A stretch of DNA of 64,000 nt from Octopus bimaculoides (taxonomy: Eukaryota), in the NCBI RefSeq assembly GCF_001194135.2, contig NC_068991.1, positions 22,334,508-22,398,507 on the forward strand, written 5' to 3'. The position numbers and the translations under genes were made by a program. The notes beneath the pieces were generated by a model. The model ran no database searches. It was given only the letters and a program-made list of their open reading frames with translations, and was not told the DNA's origin. Below, one piece after another: positions 25,001 through 38,500 of this stretch. Numbering within the stretch: position 1 is the stretch's first letter; each line of letters opens with the position of its first letter.

Positions 25001-27222
25001 CAGTCCTCAGTACATGGTAAACTTCTTTAATCTTTACTTTCTCTTTGGAGATACTCCATTTTTTGTTTATTTATTTATTCTTTGTTGTTGAATTATTATT
25101 TTGTCCATTAACATGATGTACTGTTCATTTCAACTTGTGTGTGTGTATGTGTGCGTGTGTGTGTGAATGATATGTGTGTGCATGTATGATATATATATAT
25201 ATATATATATACATACATATATATATATATATATANNNNNNNNNNNNNNNNNNNNNNNNNNNNNNNNNNNNNNNNNNNNNNNNNNNNNNNNNNNNNNNNN
25301 NNNNNNNNNNNNNNNNNNNNNNNNNNNNNNNNNNNNNNNNNNNNNNNNNNNNNNNNNNNNNNNNNNNNNNNNNNNNNNNNNNNTATATATATGATGAGGA
25401 ACGATGATGATGATATATATAAATGTCTGTTTCAATGTCAGGTTATATATAAGAACAATTTGATATTAAACTGAAGGATTACGCAATACTTGTAGAGAAG
25501 CACCTGTTAAACTTTTACAAGGAAAAGGCAGCAAGTTTGTGTTCTTTGCCTGTGCTTTACTCAGGTTCTTTTGGGCTTTATATAGTCTTTGGCAAGTTGT
25601 TTTTTAGGAGTAGATGGAGCTGTGTGGAATGATAAGGTGTGGTGTAGATGGACTGAGGAAATAGTTGTATAGAATGGGGAAAGGAGTAGAGGAGGATACG
25701 AGAAAATGTAGGGTGTAGCTTGCTAGAAAGTTATTGTGGGAAGATATATGATGTATATGGGAACTTCATGGATTAGGGCTCAGTCAAGTATGGAACTAAT
25801 TGTGTAAACAAGTGTGTCAAATTTCGGTCGTGACATTTTTATATAGACAGTTGGTTTTGGTCAGTCCAGAGCAATAGTAGCAGACACCTAAGTTGCTACA
25901 CAGTGAGACTGAACCTGAAGCAAACCTTTTAACTACACAGCCATACTTGTGCTTGGCTCAAGGACAGAAATTTGATGAAAGAGAACAGTTAATTTTATCT
26001 ATTATAGTACATGACCAGTACTTATATTTCTACTCTGAATGAACGAAAGCCAAATCCAGCCTTGGCAGAACTTGAACCTTGAACAAAAAATTTTGTAAGT
26101 AAATGTCAAAAGGCGTTTTGTGAGGCAGCAGGCTAATGTTTCTGCCAATTCACTACTCTAAATAATTATGGTTTCTGATTGAGGCACAAGACCAGCATTT
26201 TAAAGGGGAGATTGGTAGTAAATACCATTGAATCCAGTATTTGACTCATACTTTATTTTATGAACCCTGAAAGAACAAAAGGCAAAGTTGACCTTGGTGG
26301 GATTTGAACTAAAGACATAAAGAGCTGGAACAAATGTTGTAAGGCCTTTTTTCTGATGCTCTAACCATCCTGCCAGCTCGCTGCCTTAACTGCCCTAGAT
26401 GATCAAAATCATAATAATTTCTTTAACAGTTATAAAAACTAGATGGGAGGCCTTGAACAAAAGATAAGGAACTGAAAGGTATTAACAGTTTGTTGCTTTT
26501 TTTGTTTGTTTATTTTTTTTAATCTTCTATCATGTTTGATAGCTGTATTTAGTAAAAGGAAGAAAACGAAAAAAGCAGACAAGCAATTCTGCAGGCAAAT
26601 GTTGTAGAATGAAATAATGGTGTCTGCTATTAATTGAGAGAAGTAGTCAGGCGAAAGATGAAACAAAGGAAACTAGCAAAAAAACTTCCTTCCTTCCTTT
26701 CCATTGGGAGAAGAATCATTAGTAAGAACAACACCACTAACAACAATAACAACAATAACCAATAACAAAACAGTTTTGGCTTCCTGTTCTCTCGTTGAAA
26801 GATATATATTGAAAAAAAAAAAGTAATGCTGTTTTAGCATCAACTTCTCACCACTGAAAATCTGCTCTAAATCTTTCTCTCCAACGAATCAGAATGATTG
26901 AGTTTCTCCATCCCAAACCCAAACTCACACACACACACACACACACACGCACACACACACACACACACACACACTGATTTCTCCCCTTTGTGTATATTTA
27001 CTTACTTTCTCTTCATAATCGTAATCTTCCAACACATATGTAACGTTCATAACATATGTACAGGTCATCGAATTCTGGAATGTTGCCAGCGCATCGTTGC
27101 CTCTCATTCACTTATTATGGCATTCATAGAATTCTCTGCGAACAATAAGATATTTCTATAACTATGCAACTCAATTGAACATTTAAAAGATCTTGGCCAA
27201 GTTTTTACATTCACACACGCTC

Positions 27223-27259
<37 letters not shown>

Positions 27260-30200
27260 TTTACTTTCTATATTTTTTTATAGGAGTGTCTTTTTTTTTA
27301 ATTTTTTTCATCCCCCCTCACTCTCTATCTTTCTCTGCATTTCCTTTCATTTTCCTCATCTTTGCTATTTTGTAACTTCTTCCCTGTCTTATCCCCTTCA
27401 ACTCCAAGCGTTCTGGGTTGTTGTTTTTCTTGTTTTTTTTTGTTTTTTACATTATAATTTTTTTTAGTACTGCATCATCTGTCTAACTCCTTGCCATTTT
27501 TTGGGGGGAGAAAGAGTAACATTGAATTAGCTATATTTATTTTTTATCATAAATAAAAGATGGGGGATAAAAANNNNNNNNNNNNNNNNNNNNNNNNNNN
27601 NNNNNNNNNNNNNNNNNNNNNNNNNNNNNNNNNNNNNNNNNNNNNNNNNNNNNNNNNNNNNNNNNNNNNNNNNNNNNNNNNNNNNNNNNNNNNNNNNNNN
27701 NNNNNNNNNNNNNNNNNNNNATTATTATCATTTCTATCATTATATAATTATTATCATATAATTTATCAATATCATCATTGCCATCATCACCATTGATTAA
27801 GAGTAAAAAAAAAATCAGTAATTCAACACAGATGTTTTTCATGTTGCTAAAAGTTTGCTTTGTTTCTTTCATTTGTTGTTCTCAGATTATTAATATTCTT
27901 ACAAAGAACTTGGGTACATACACATAATTACATAAATAAATCATCATCGTCATCATCATCATCATCATCATCATGATCATCATCTTCATTGGCTTTACAT
28001 CTGCTTTTCCAAGTTAACATGGGCTGGACAGAACATTTTGAGACAATATTTTATGGACGGATGCCCTTCCTGATGAATGCACAGACACACACACATGTAC
28101 AGTCAAACTGCCATTTCATTTTAACAGATATATTTACCAAAATTACATAAAAATATCTCGAAATACTAAAGAGTAAATTTATTCAATAACATTTCCATTG
28201 GCTTCAACCACAGCCTCCAGGCCACTTTAGAATCTCCTGCAACTCTTTTGAATGGTCTCTTTGGTTAAGTTGGTGAATGCCGCCATAATCTTTGCCTTCA
28301 GTTCATCTTTTGGTGTTACAAGGAGTTTTGCTGGTCCCTTGCTCAATTGCACCCCACACATAATGATTAATGGGGTTGCAGTCTGGCGAGTTAGGTGGCC
28401 AGATGTTAGGGGTGATGTGATCACAGAAATTGTCTGACAGCCATGACTGGGTTCTCCTGCTTGTGTGGTATGGTGCAGAGTCCTGTTGCAAGACATACGG
28501 TCTTCCAGCAGCAGCACTCTTCACCCAGGGCAGCACTACCTCCTTCAGGCACTTGATATAGACATCTATGTTGAATGCGAGGCCATGTGGGAAGATGAAT
28601 GGAGGCATAATGTCATCATCACTAGTGATCACTCCAAATACCATGATGTTGACTTGATGTTTGATTTTTATCACTCTCGGTACATGTTTTGGAGACATGG
28701 CAAGCCAACGGTTGTCCTGTGTGTTCACCATCTGATCCTGGCAGAAATGTTTCTCATCTGAAAAACCAAAGCATGTTCGGTTGGAGGGAATGCTTGAGTT
28801 TGTTCAAAAGCTTTGTAGCATGGACTTTCCTCTTGTTCTTGATGGCTTGAGATAAAAACTGGCCCTTTCTCATCTTGTATGAATAATACCAAATGTCTTC
28901 ATACACTACCTGCCTGATAAGAAACTCAGTGATGGACGTGGAGGGATTGTTGTCAATCATGGCTTGGATCTTACCAACAAATTCAGGAGCTCTTTTTCTA
29001 TCAGAGCAATCAGAGTGAGATTTCCGAGCTGCCGTACCTTCATAATCACCATTAGACTCATCCAACTTTTCCTGAATCCTCTGCACTGTCCTTAGATTGA
29101 CACCCAAATACTCTGAAATGTTCATAATGGAGATTCCATTGTGAATGCCAAGCAGTACAGCATGTTGTTTCCAAATTACTGGAAGAATGAATTGTGTCAT
29201 GGTACTGTTTTTCTCACAGACGATACCCAACTGACCCTACTATACTGTGTAGTCAACAAAATCAAAAACAAACAATGCACGAAATCAAAAATATAAAATG
29301 GCAACAATTTACCCATCACACCCAGTATATGTGAAGGTATGTGGCCTAGTAGTTAGGGTGTTGCATTCATGATCATGAGATGGTGGTTTTGATTCTCAGA
29401 CTGGCTGTGCATTGGATTTTTGAACAAAACATTTCATTTCATGTTACTCCTGGACTAGCATTCTGTTCAGGGGGAATATTGGCCTATACACCTAGCCAGC
29501 AGAGTGGCATCATTTGAAAACTTAAACAGTGCAAAGTGCATTGTGACTAGCAATGTAAAACAACATCCAATAGTCTGGTCAATGCCACAATATATATGCA
29601 GTGAGTTGCCACAGTTTTCCTTTACCAAATTTACTCACAAGGCACTGGTCATCTCAGGGTTAAAGTTAAAGATACTTGCCCAAGGTGCCTCACAGTGAAA
29701 CTGAACCTAAATGCATATTTAGGTTGCAAAGCAAACTTCTTAAACACACAGTCATAGCTGTTGACTGATTGCAATAAAAAGAGTGAAACAGAACTAGTGC
29801 ACATGTTTATCATTGGCATAGTGGCACTACATACCACAAAATCTGTCCCAATACATGAGACCTGAGTTCAAATCAAGAATCTTGCAAACCAAATACAAAA
29901 ACATATTATAAGTTTGTCACTACAATGCAATAGACAGTGTTTGGTAAAATCATGAGCAGGTATCTCTATCATCAGTATATGTACATGCCATGTTTTTCTA
30001 GTCAATATCTATATGTTATTTACATTCTGAGGTCAATTTTGCCTTTCATCATTTTGGGCTTGGTAAAATAAGTACCAGTTGAGCAGTAGGGTTGATTTAA
30101 TTGACTTACTCCCAGCCACAAAATTACTGGCCTTGTGCCAAAATTTGAAAATAGTCTCTATATATTATGACTAATAAACATCTATGCATTGTTTTTCCAT

Positions 30201-32874
30201 TCAGTCAAAATATACATACTATTATGTCAACATCCATTGACTGTGTTCAACCAGACATTGACATTGTGCCTTCCTATTCAGTCATTTATTCACTCTACTT
30301 ATAACCATTCAAAGTCCATTGATAGCATCTATCCTACCAACATTCATAGAATTTGGTTATCTAGTCAACACCTAATATTATGCTTTTGTATTGAGTTTTC
30401 TTTTTTCTATTTACACATTGTTTAACTTCACAGTATCTAGACATTGTCCTTCTCTTCATTCAATATGTTGTTCTGGCTATCCTGTTAACATCCATTCACT
30501 GTGTCTACCTAGTCAGCATCTACACTGCATTTATCTAGTCAACATCTACATGTTGCATCTGTCCATTTAGTTGACGTATTTTTATAATTCATTATAAATG
30601 CTTTTCTTTTTTCCCATATTTTTTAGTGAAAGATTGCGTCCTAAGAACATCTTAGAAGAAGATGAATCTGATTCTGGTTAGTAACGATTATATTGATACA
30701 TTCGAGCATATTTTCAAACAGATTTAATAAGGTGGCCATACTAGTATGAGAAGAGTGACCACATTGGTTAGTATGAGAGAGATGATCATATTGTTGGGTG
30801 AAAGATTGCTACACTCATATGAGAGAGATGGTCAAATGGCGTGAGAAAGATCATATAAATAAGAGAAACAATGGCCACTCTAGCATGGCAAAAGCAACCT
30901 CATTGATATGAAAAAGATAACCTAGTTCATTCAAACACACACACATACACATCAACTTCCCTCCTCTCTCAACTTTCTCACCTCCCCTCTACCATTCCAG
31001 AAGGGCCTCACAATTTGTAAAGGGAAAAAAATCTTTTAAAAGAAAGAAGAGAGAGAGAGAAAGAAAGAAGGGGATAAAGGCAAAGCTAAGCTGATTGTGC
31101 ATTGATGATTTAATTATGAAGTAGCCAGACTTAGACTAATCTTTTGCTTTACATTCACATTCCAAACGTGTTGCTATATTAAACACCACCACAGTTTAAC
31201 ATTTGAAATATTGGCCAGTTTTATTCCATGTCCACCACACTTGGTTTCTTATCATCTTCATTTCCAGGATAAATTTGAAATATTAATTACTTAAAATATG
31301 TCATCATCATCATTGTCATCACCAGCAAGAGATTTGTGTGTGTGTGTGTGTAGGTGTGTGTTTTTGTGTATAGTTGTTTGACCTATTCAAATAACCACTC
31401 AAATCTTCCTCAACAAATCCCTCCTACTGTTTTCATTTAAATGGAATTTCTATATTTAGTTCTACTTCTACATACTTGTGAGTGAACCAATGAGAAAGTC
31501 TCTCAGTAATCATGCAATCTGGTACAATTAGTAGCATCCAAATTTTCCTTTGACTCGTGTTCTGTCATCTTGTAAGAGGAGAGGATATATTTTAATGTCC
31601 TGACGTGTCCTGTCTCCTTATAAGAAATAAAGTCAGGCCACATTGTTCTGCATACCACTAAAAAACAAAGATGGGATTGGATGGTAGGGTTGGACTGCCA
31701 TTGATCACAAGTTTGCACAATTAGTGTTGACCTGAGGTTAAAACAACAATAACATGCTATACTCAAAAGCAAAACAAGCCAACAAAGGAACCTCTGTACA
31801 AAAGTGAATTGAATTAGTATTGCAGGCTCATATCCACTAGTATATCCACACCTTTATACATCACTCACTAAAGTAATACACTGATGTGTTTGCATCATTG
31901 CCCAGCTTTTCAGGGATAACTTCCTCAGTCCATTTCTCTAAGTGCAACTATCCACCTTTCTTGTAACATTGTCCCAATTTCTAGAATAAGCTTTTTTTAG
32001 TCAAAAGAAATCATCACCAGCACTATACTCCTCCTCCTCCTCCTCATCGTCATCGTCGTCGTCATCATCATCGTCATCTTTGCCATTGTTTTTATTGCTG
32101 GTTAGCTGCAGGTCATATCTGATCAAGCAAAGCAGGCTTCCGATCAAAGACATTCCAACAACATCCAATCTGTCTTTTATTTTTGACAGACTATCTAAGA
32201 CAACATTACACAATGTGTCCTTTTGTTTTTAGATGATAAGATGTGATTTGAAGATCTGGCTACTATTTCTTGCATGTTGAGCAACTGTTCAGAAGTTCTC
32301 ACTTGTTCGTCATCTTGTAAGAAATTTGGCATTTGGTTTAGGCTAGACCCTTCTTAAGTTTATAGGAATTGGGATGAGGTTACAAGAAAAGTTGATAGTT
32401 GCACTCAGAAATGGGCTATGAAGAAGTTATCCCTAAAAAGCTGGGCAATGATGCAAACACATACATTGCCTCCACTATATATATTATTACCTGACCCTAA
32501 GGTGGTGAGCTGGCAGAATTGTTAGGATGCCAGGCAAAATGCTTAGCAGTATTTCATCTTTACATTGAGTTCACATTCCACTTTGCCTTTCATCCTTTTG
32601 GGTCAATAAATGAAGTACCAGTTGGGTTGATGTAATCGACGCATCCCTTCCCCAAAAACTTCGAGCCTTGTGCCAATAGCAGAAAGGATTATTATTATTA
32701 TTATTGTTCAGTAGTTTTAGTTTTATAACGTGCTTTCACTTCACTACCGAGCGCAGCTCTGTGCGCCTTGGGTATGTGCTGTGGTTTGCTGTGGTGCTTT
32801 TATGTTTACTGTATTGAAAGTGTTTTGCATAGAATGTGTGCAGTACCCAGTAGTGCAATTTTCTGTATGTTGCA

Positions 32875-32924
<50 letters not shown>

Positions 32925-33222
32925 GTTTATATAAAGGACTGGTAACTCAGCAGAAATGTAATAGATAGAAAGATGAGTTCTTAACTTTTGTATACGATTG
33001 CCACAATCCATCACTAAGGTAAACATAGCTGACGTAATCCATCACCACGGCCAACTCAGTGACAAAAAGCGCAACTCAAAAGTAAGGACCAATAAATAAG
33101 TTACTTTCGAGTTGCGCTTTTTGTCATTGAGTTGGCTGTGGTGATGGATTACGTCAGCTATGTTTACCTTAGTGATGGAATTTGGCAATCATATACAAAA
33201 GTTAAGAACTCATCTCTCTATC

Positions 33223-33270
<48 letters not shown>

Positions 33271-33581
33271 GGTGGCGAGCTAGCAGAATCATTAGCATAC
33301 CGGGAAAAATGCTTAGCAGCATTTCTTCTGTCTTCACTTTCTGAGTTCATATTCAACTTTGCCTTTCATCCTTTCAGGGTTGATAAAATAAATACCAGCA
33401 GAGGACTGGGGTCCATGTAATCAATTTAACCTCTCCTTCGAAATTACTAGCCCTGTGCCAAAATTTGAAATCATCATCATCATCATCATTATTACGGACA
33501 AAACCCTATGTAACCTTCGTCCTGTCTTTGTCCTTACATGTTTTTGATTGATATTAGCTATTGTGGCCAATAAAACGAATT

Positions 33582-33628
<47 letters not shown>

Positions 33629-34643
33629 CCATCACCATCACCATCATCATCAACAACAACAACAAGGAGGCAAGCTAGCAGAATCATTAGCATGCCAGGC
33701 AAAATGCTTAGCGGAATTTCATTCATCCTTATGTTCTGAATTCAAATTCCAGCAAGGATAACTTTGCCTTTCAGCCTTCTGGAGTTGGTAAATTAAGTAT
33801 CAATAAAACACTGGGGTCAATGTAATCAACTTACCTCCTCTTCTGAAATTTCAGGTCTTGTGCCTTTAATAGAAAGGATTAATATCATTACTATTTGAAT
33901 TGTTGTATTTCACTTAAGAGTTGCATTAGACTGATTCTGTTGTTGAAAAATGTTTTGCTGCCTCCCTCACTAAAAATATTTGTGTCTGCTTGCACTCTAC
34001 AGATGTGGCTGCCATTCCAGAGCTAGAAGATCAACCTGATGAAGATCTGATCCCACAGGTTGCTGATGCCCCAATGTAGGTACTTCATTTTTCTTTGCAC
34101 ACACATTCACACACACGCGCGCACGCACACACATGCACACACACACACACACATGCACACACACACACATTCTTATGCTTCCACATGCACAAGTTAAGGC
34201 ACACCATACATGGACTTTCCTCTGGAAAAGCTGCATGCACCTTCTTATATCGACATAACTACATACACACACACACATGTAGGTATACACACATATACAT
34301 AAGCCAATGAGGGATGCTCTATGTGATTGCACAACCTGCTGGAAATACTGGTTAAATCACACTCAAGTCATACCCTACCAAATAAAATAAAAAGGAAGGG
34401 CATATTAATGTAATTAGAGACAGGGTCGTGACCCTCTCTTTACTCCCTTTACTTGTTTTAGACATTTGACTGGGACCATGCTGGAGCACTGCCTTTAGTC
34501 GAGCAAACCGACCCCAGGACTTATTCTTTGTAAGCCTAGTACTTATTCTATCGGTCTCTTTTGCCAAACTGCTAGGTTATGGGACGTAAACACAACAGCA
34601 TCGGTTGTCAAGCAATGTTGGAGAGACAAACACAGGCACACAA

Positions 34644-34674
<31 letters not shown>

Positions 34675-35333
34675 CATATATACGACGGGCTTCTTTCAGT
34701 TTCCGTCTACCAAATCCACTCACAAGGCTTTGGTCGGCCCGAGGCTATAGTAGAAGACACTTGCCCAAGGTGCCACGCAGTGGGACTGAACCCGGAACCA
34801 TGTGGCTGGTAAGCAAGCTACTTACCACACAGCCACTCCTGCACATGACTAGAAAACTTTTAACTAAGATCCACTTAATTAAGGTTAACATGGAGCTAAA
34901 AACATCACATGTACACACTCACTTTCTTTCACACTCTCTTTTAATCCTCCTCTTTTTGTTAAGAGAACTATAATAAAAAATGTTACCATTCATGGCTATC
35001 CTGGGTTTTTTTTCAGACAAATTATAAACAGAATGTTCTTCCATTTTATAAGAAAAAGTGAGATTTGTGAAAGATTTAGCTGTTATTTCTATGAAGCCTA
35101 TTGACCTTGTATGTGTTCCATTGTTGGGGCATTGTATTATGATTGTTATTGTTGCTGCTGTTGCCGTTGCTGTTTCAGTCTGCACTAATTTCTTCTCGAG
35201 CTGAGCTATTGTTTATGACAACCGATCAAATTTTTAGGAGCAACTAACCAGCACATTCTGCTCTTTAGATCTGCCATGTTTTCACTGTCAACTTCTGTGA
35301 TGCAGTGGTTGGTAAAAGTATTCAGTGTTGTCG

Positions 35334-35373
<40 letters not shown>

Positions 35374-35468
35374 TCATCAAAACATTTCCCATTAGCACTC
35401 CTACTACTCTCAACATCATCACCTTCTTCAACACCATCAGAGCCATCATGACCATCATGACCATCATC

Positions 35469-35500
<32 letters not shown>

Positions 35501-35564
35501 TACCATCTTCTTCAATATCTCTACCATCAACATCATCTTCACTGACCTCTCTTCCATCCAGGTC

Positions 35565-35598
<34 letters not shown>

Positions 35599-38500
35599 AC
35601 ATCCTCATTGTTATCTTCATCTTCATCATCAGTAAACTTTATGTGTCAAGTTATAAAAGGTTAATGTATTGCAAATATCTACAACACACTAGTTTCTGCT
35701 TTAATGAACAATGCTGACAAAATCAGGGAAAACGGTGGGAATGTGGGAGAATGATGAAGTGAGTGGGGAGATGGCAAAGATGGCTTTGTGTTTGTTGTTG
35801 TTCTTGTTGTTATTTTGTTGGTCAAGTGGACCTATGGTCATCACTATTCCAGTTGTAACCACTTTTATCTTTTGCTTGTTTCCATCATTGGACTGTGGCC
35901 GGCTCGGTCAGATAGACTGACCCAAGTACTTATTTTTTTAACTTTTTTTTTTTTAAGCCTGTTATTTCTTCTATCTGTTTCTTTTTGATAAACTTAGCAG
36001 TTTGGCAAACTTTTTTGTCAGACTGCTAAGAACATAAACAGACCAATACCAGTTGTCAAGTGGTGGGGGACACAGACACAAACACACACGCACACACACA
36101 CACACACACACACNNNNNNNNNNNNNNNNNNNNNNNNNNNNNNNNNNNNNNNNNNNNNNNNNNNNNNNNNNNNNNNNNNNNNNNNNNNNNNNNNNNNNNN
36201 NNNNNNNNNNNNNNNNNNNNNNNNNNNNNNNNNNNNNNNNNNNNNNNNNNNNNNNNNNNNNNNNNNNNNNNNNNNNNNNNNNNNNNNNNNNNNNNNNNNN
36301 NNNNACACACACACACACACATACGTGTAAAAGGTGTGAGCTGGCAGAAACGTTAGCACGCCAGGCGAAGTGCTTAGCGGTATTTCGTCTGCCGCTATGT
36401 TCTGAGTTCAAATTCCGCCGAGGTCGACTTTGCCTTTCATTCTTTCGGGGTCGATTAAATAAGTACCAGTTACGCACTGGGGTCGATATAATTGACTTAA
36501 TCCGTTTGTCTGTCCTTGTTTGTCCACTCTGTGTGTAGCCCCTTTTGGGTAGTAAAGAAATAACATACATGTGTACAGGGTGGCCCAAAACTAGGTTTAC
36601 AGTTATCACTAAGGCACTTGAAATTTCTTTTAAAACATTTTATTACATTTAAATTTCTATCTTACAGTTAACTAGATTAGCATAGAATAATGGTTTCATA
36701 TTTTTTTATAACGAAGATCTAAATTATTAATATATGAATGCGAAAGTGATAGTTGAATAACTGTAAACCTACTTTTGGGCCATCCTGTATATGACAGTCT
36801 TCAGTACAGTTTCTGTCTACCAAATTCACTCACTTTATTTAGCCTGGGGCTATAGTAAGAGACTTTTGCCCCAGGTGGTGCAAAGTGAGACTGAACCCAA
36901 AACCATATGATTGAGAAACAAGCATTTTAATCACACAACCACCAGGGTATTTGTTTTCTCTTTTCTTTTTTGTTTTATGCATAGTTTATCCAAGCTATAT
37001 TGTGCATCACAACAACTGAGATGGATTGGTAATCCTCCTCCATGTTTAACAGTTGGAAAAAGGCAGTCTGGATCAAATGCTTCTTTTGGCTGACTCCATA
37101 TGTATACTCGGCTGGTGATCGGAAATAGGGTAAAGGATGACTCGTCTGAGAAAATAACATTCTTCCACTATTCTAGGGACCAATTCTGTAGGTTTTACTC
37201 CACTCTAAATGCTTTGGTTTTGAAAGTAGTGGTTTTCTGATTGCAGCCTTCCCATGAAATCCAGCTTTGTGCAGTTCCCAGCAAACAGTTTTTGTGGAAA
37301 CTGGGTTCTTAAGGTGATCATTAAGCTCTGCAGTAATTTTGGGAGCTGTGCTTTTGTGATCCTTTCTAACAATTCATGTAAGAGTCCGACGGTCCCTATC
37401 TGAAAGTTTTGGTTTTCTTCTGAAGTTTTATTTCAATGAGGAAGTTTTTCCCTCTTTCCCAAAGGCTGCCATTACTTTCAAGATTGTACTTTTTGATACA
37501 CCAAACATTTCAGCTGTTTTTGTTACGCTAGCACCTGCCATACGNNNNNNNNNNNNNNNNNNNNNNNNNNNNNNNNNNNNNNNNNNNNNNNNNNNNNNNN
37601 NNNNNNNNNNNNNNNNNNNNNNNNNNNNNNNNNNNNNNNNNNNNNNNNNNNNNNNNNNNNNNNNNNNNNNNNNNNNNNNNNNNNNNNNNNNNNNNNNNNN
37701 NNNNNNNNNNNNNNNNNNNNNNNNNNNNNNNNNNNNNNNNNNNNNNNNNNNNNNNNNNNNNNNNNNNNNNNNNNNNNNNNNNNNNNNNNNNNNNNNNNNN
37801 NNNNNNNNNNNNNNNNNNNNNNNNNNNNNNNNNNNNNNNNNNNNNNNNNNNNNNNNNNNNNNNNNNNNNNNNNNNNNNNNNNNNNNNNNNNNNNNNNNNN
37901 NNNNNNNNNNNNNNNNNNNNNNNNNNNNNNNNNNNNNNNNNNNNNNNNNNNNNNNNNNNNNNNNNNNNNNNNNNNNNNNNNNNNNNNNNNNNNNNNNNNN
38001 NNNNNNNNNNNNNNNNNNNNNNNNNNNNNNNNNNNNNNNNNNNNNNNNNNNNNNNNNNNNNNNNNNNNNNNNNNNNNNNNNNNNNNNNNNNNNNNNNNNN
38101 NNNNNNNNNNNNNNNNNNNNNNNNNNNNNNNNNNNNNNNNNNNNNNNNNNNNNNNNNNNNNNNNNNNNNNNNNNNNNNNNNNNNNNNNNNNNNNNNNNNN
38201 NNNNNNNNNNNNNNNNNNNNNNNNNNNNNNNNNNNNNNNNNNNNNNNNNNNNNNNNNNNNNNNNNNNNNNNNNNNNATATATATATGTATATATACACAC
38301 ACACACATACACACACACCTTTCAAGCATTGGGCCTCACAGAGGCAAAGTGGATGAGTTCCTCGTGGAGGCAAAGTGACTTGAGCTCCTTTCAAGCGTTG
38401 GGCCCCAGGGAGGCAAAATGGCTGAGTTCCTTTCGAGTGTTGGGCCTCGCAGAGGCAATGACCGAGACCATTGGCATTATGACGTGCTTGAGAAGACCCA

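Noticed and set aside
35288-35717. Poly-Met / poly-Ile / poly-Asp ORFs
   Set aside because: Translations of the (CAT)n microsatellite field
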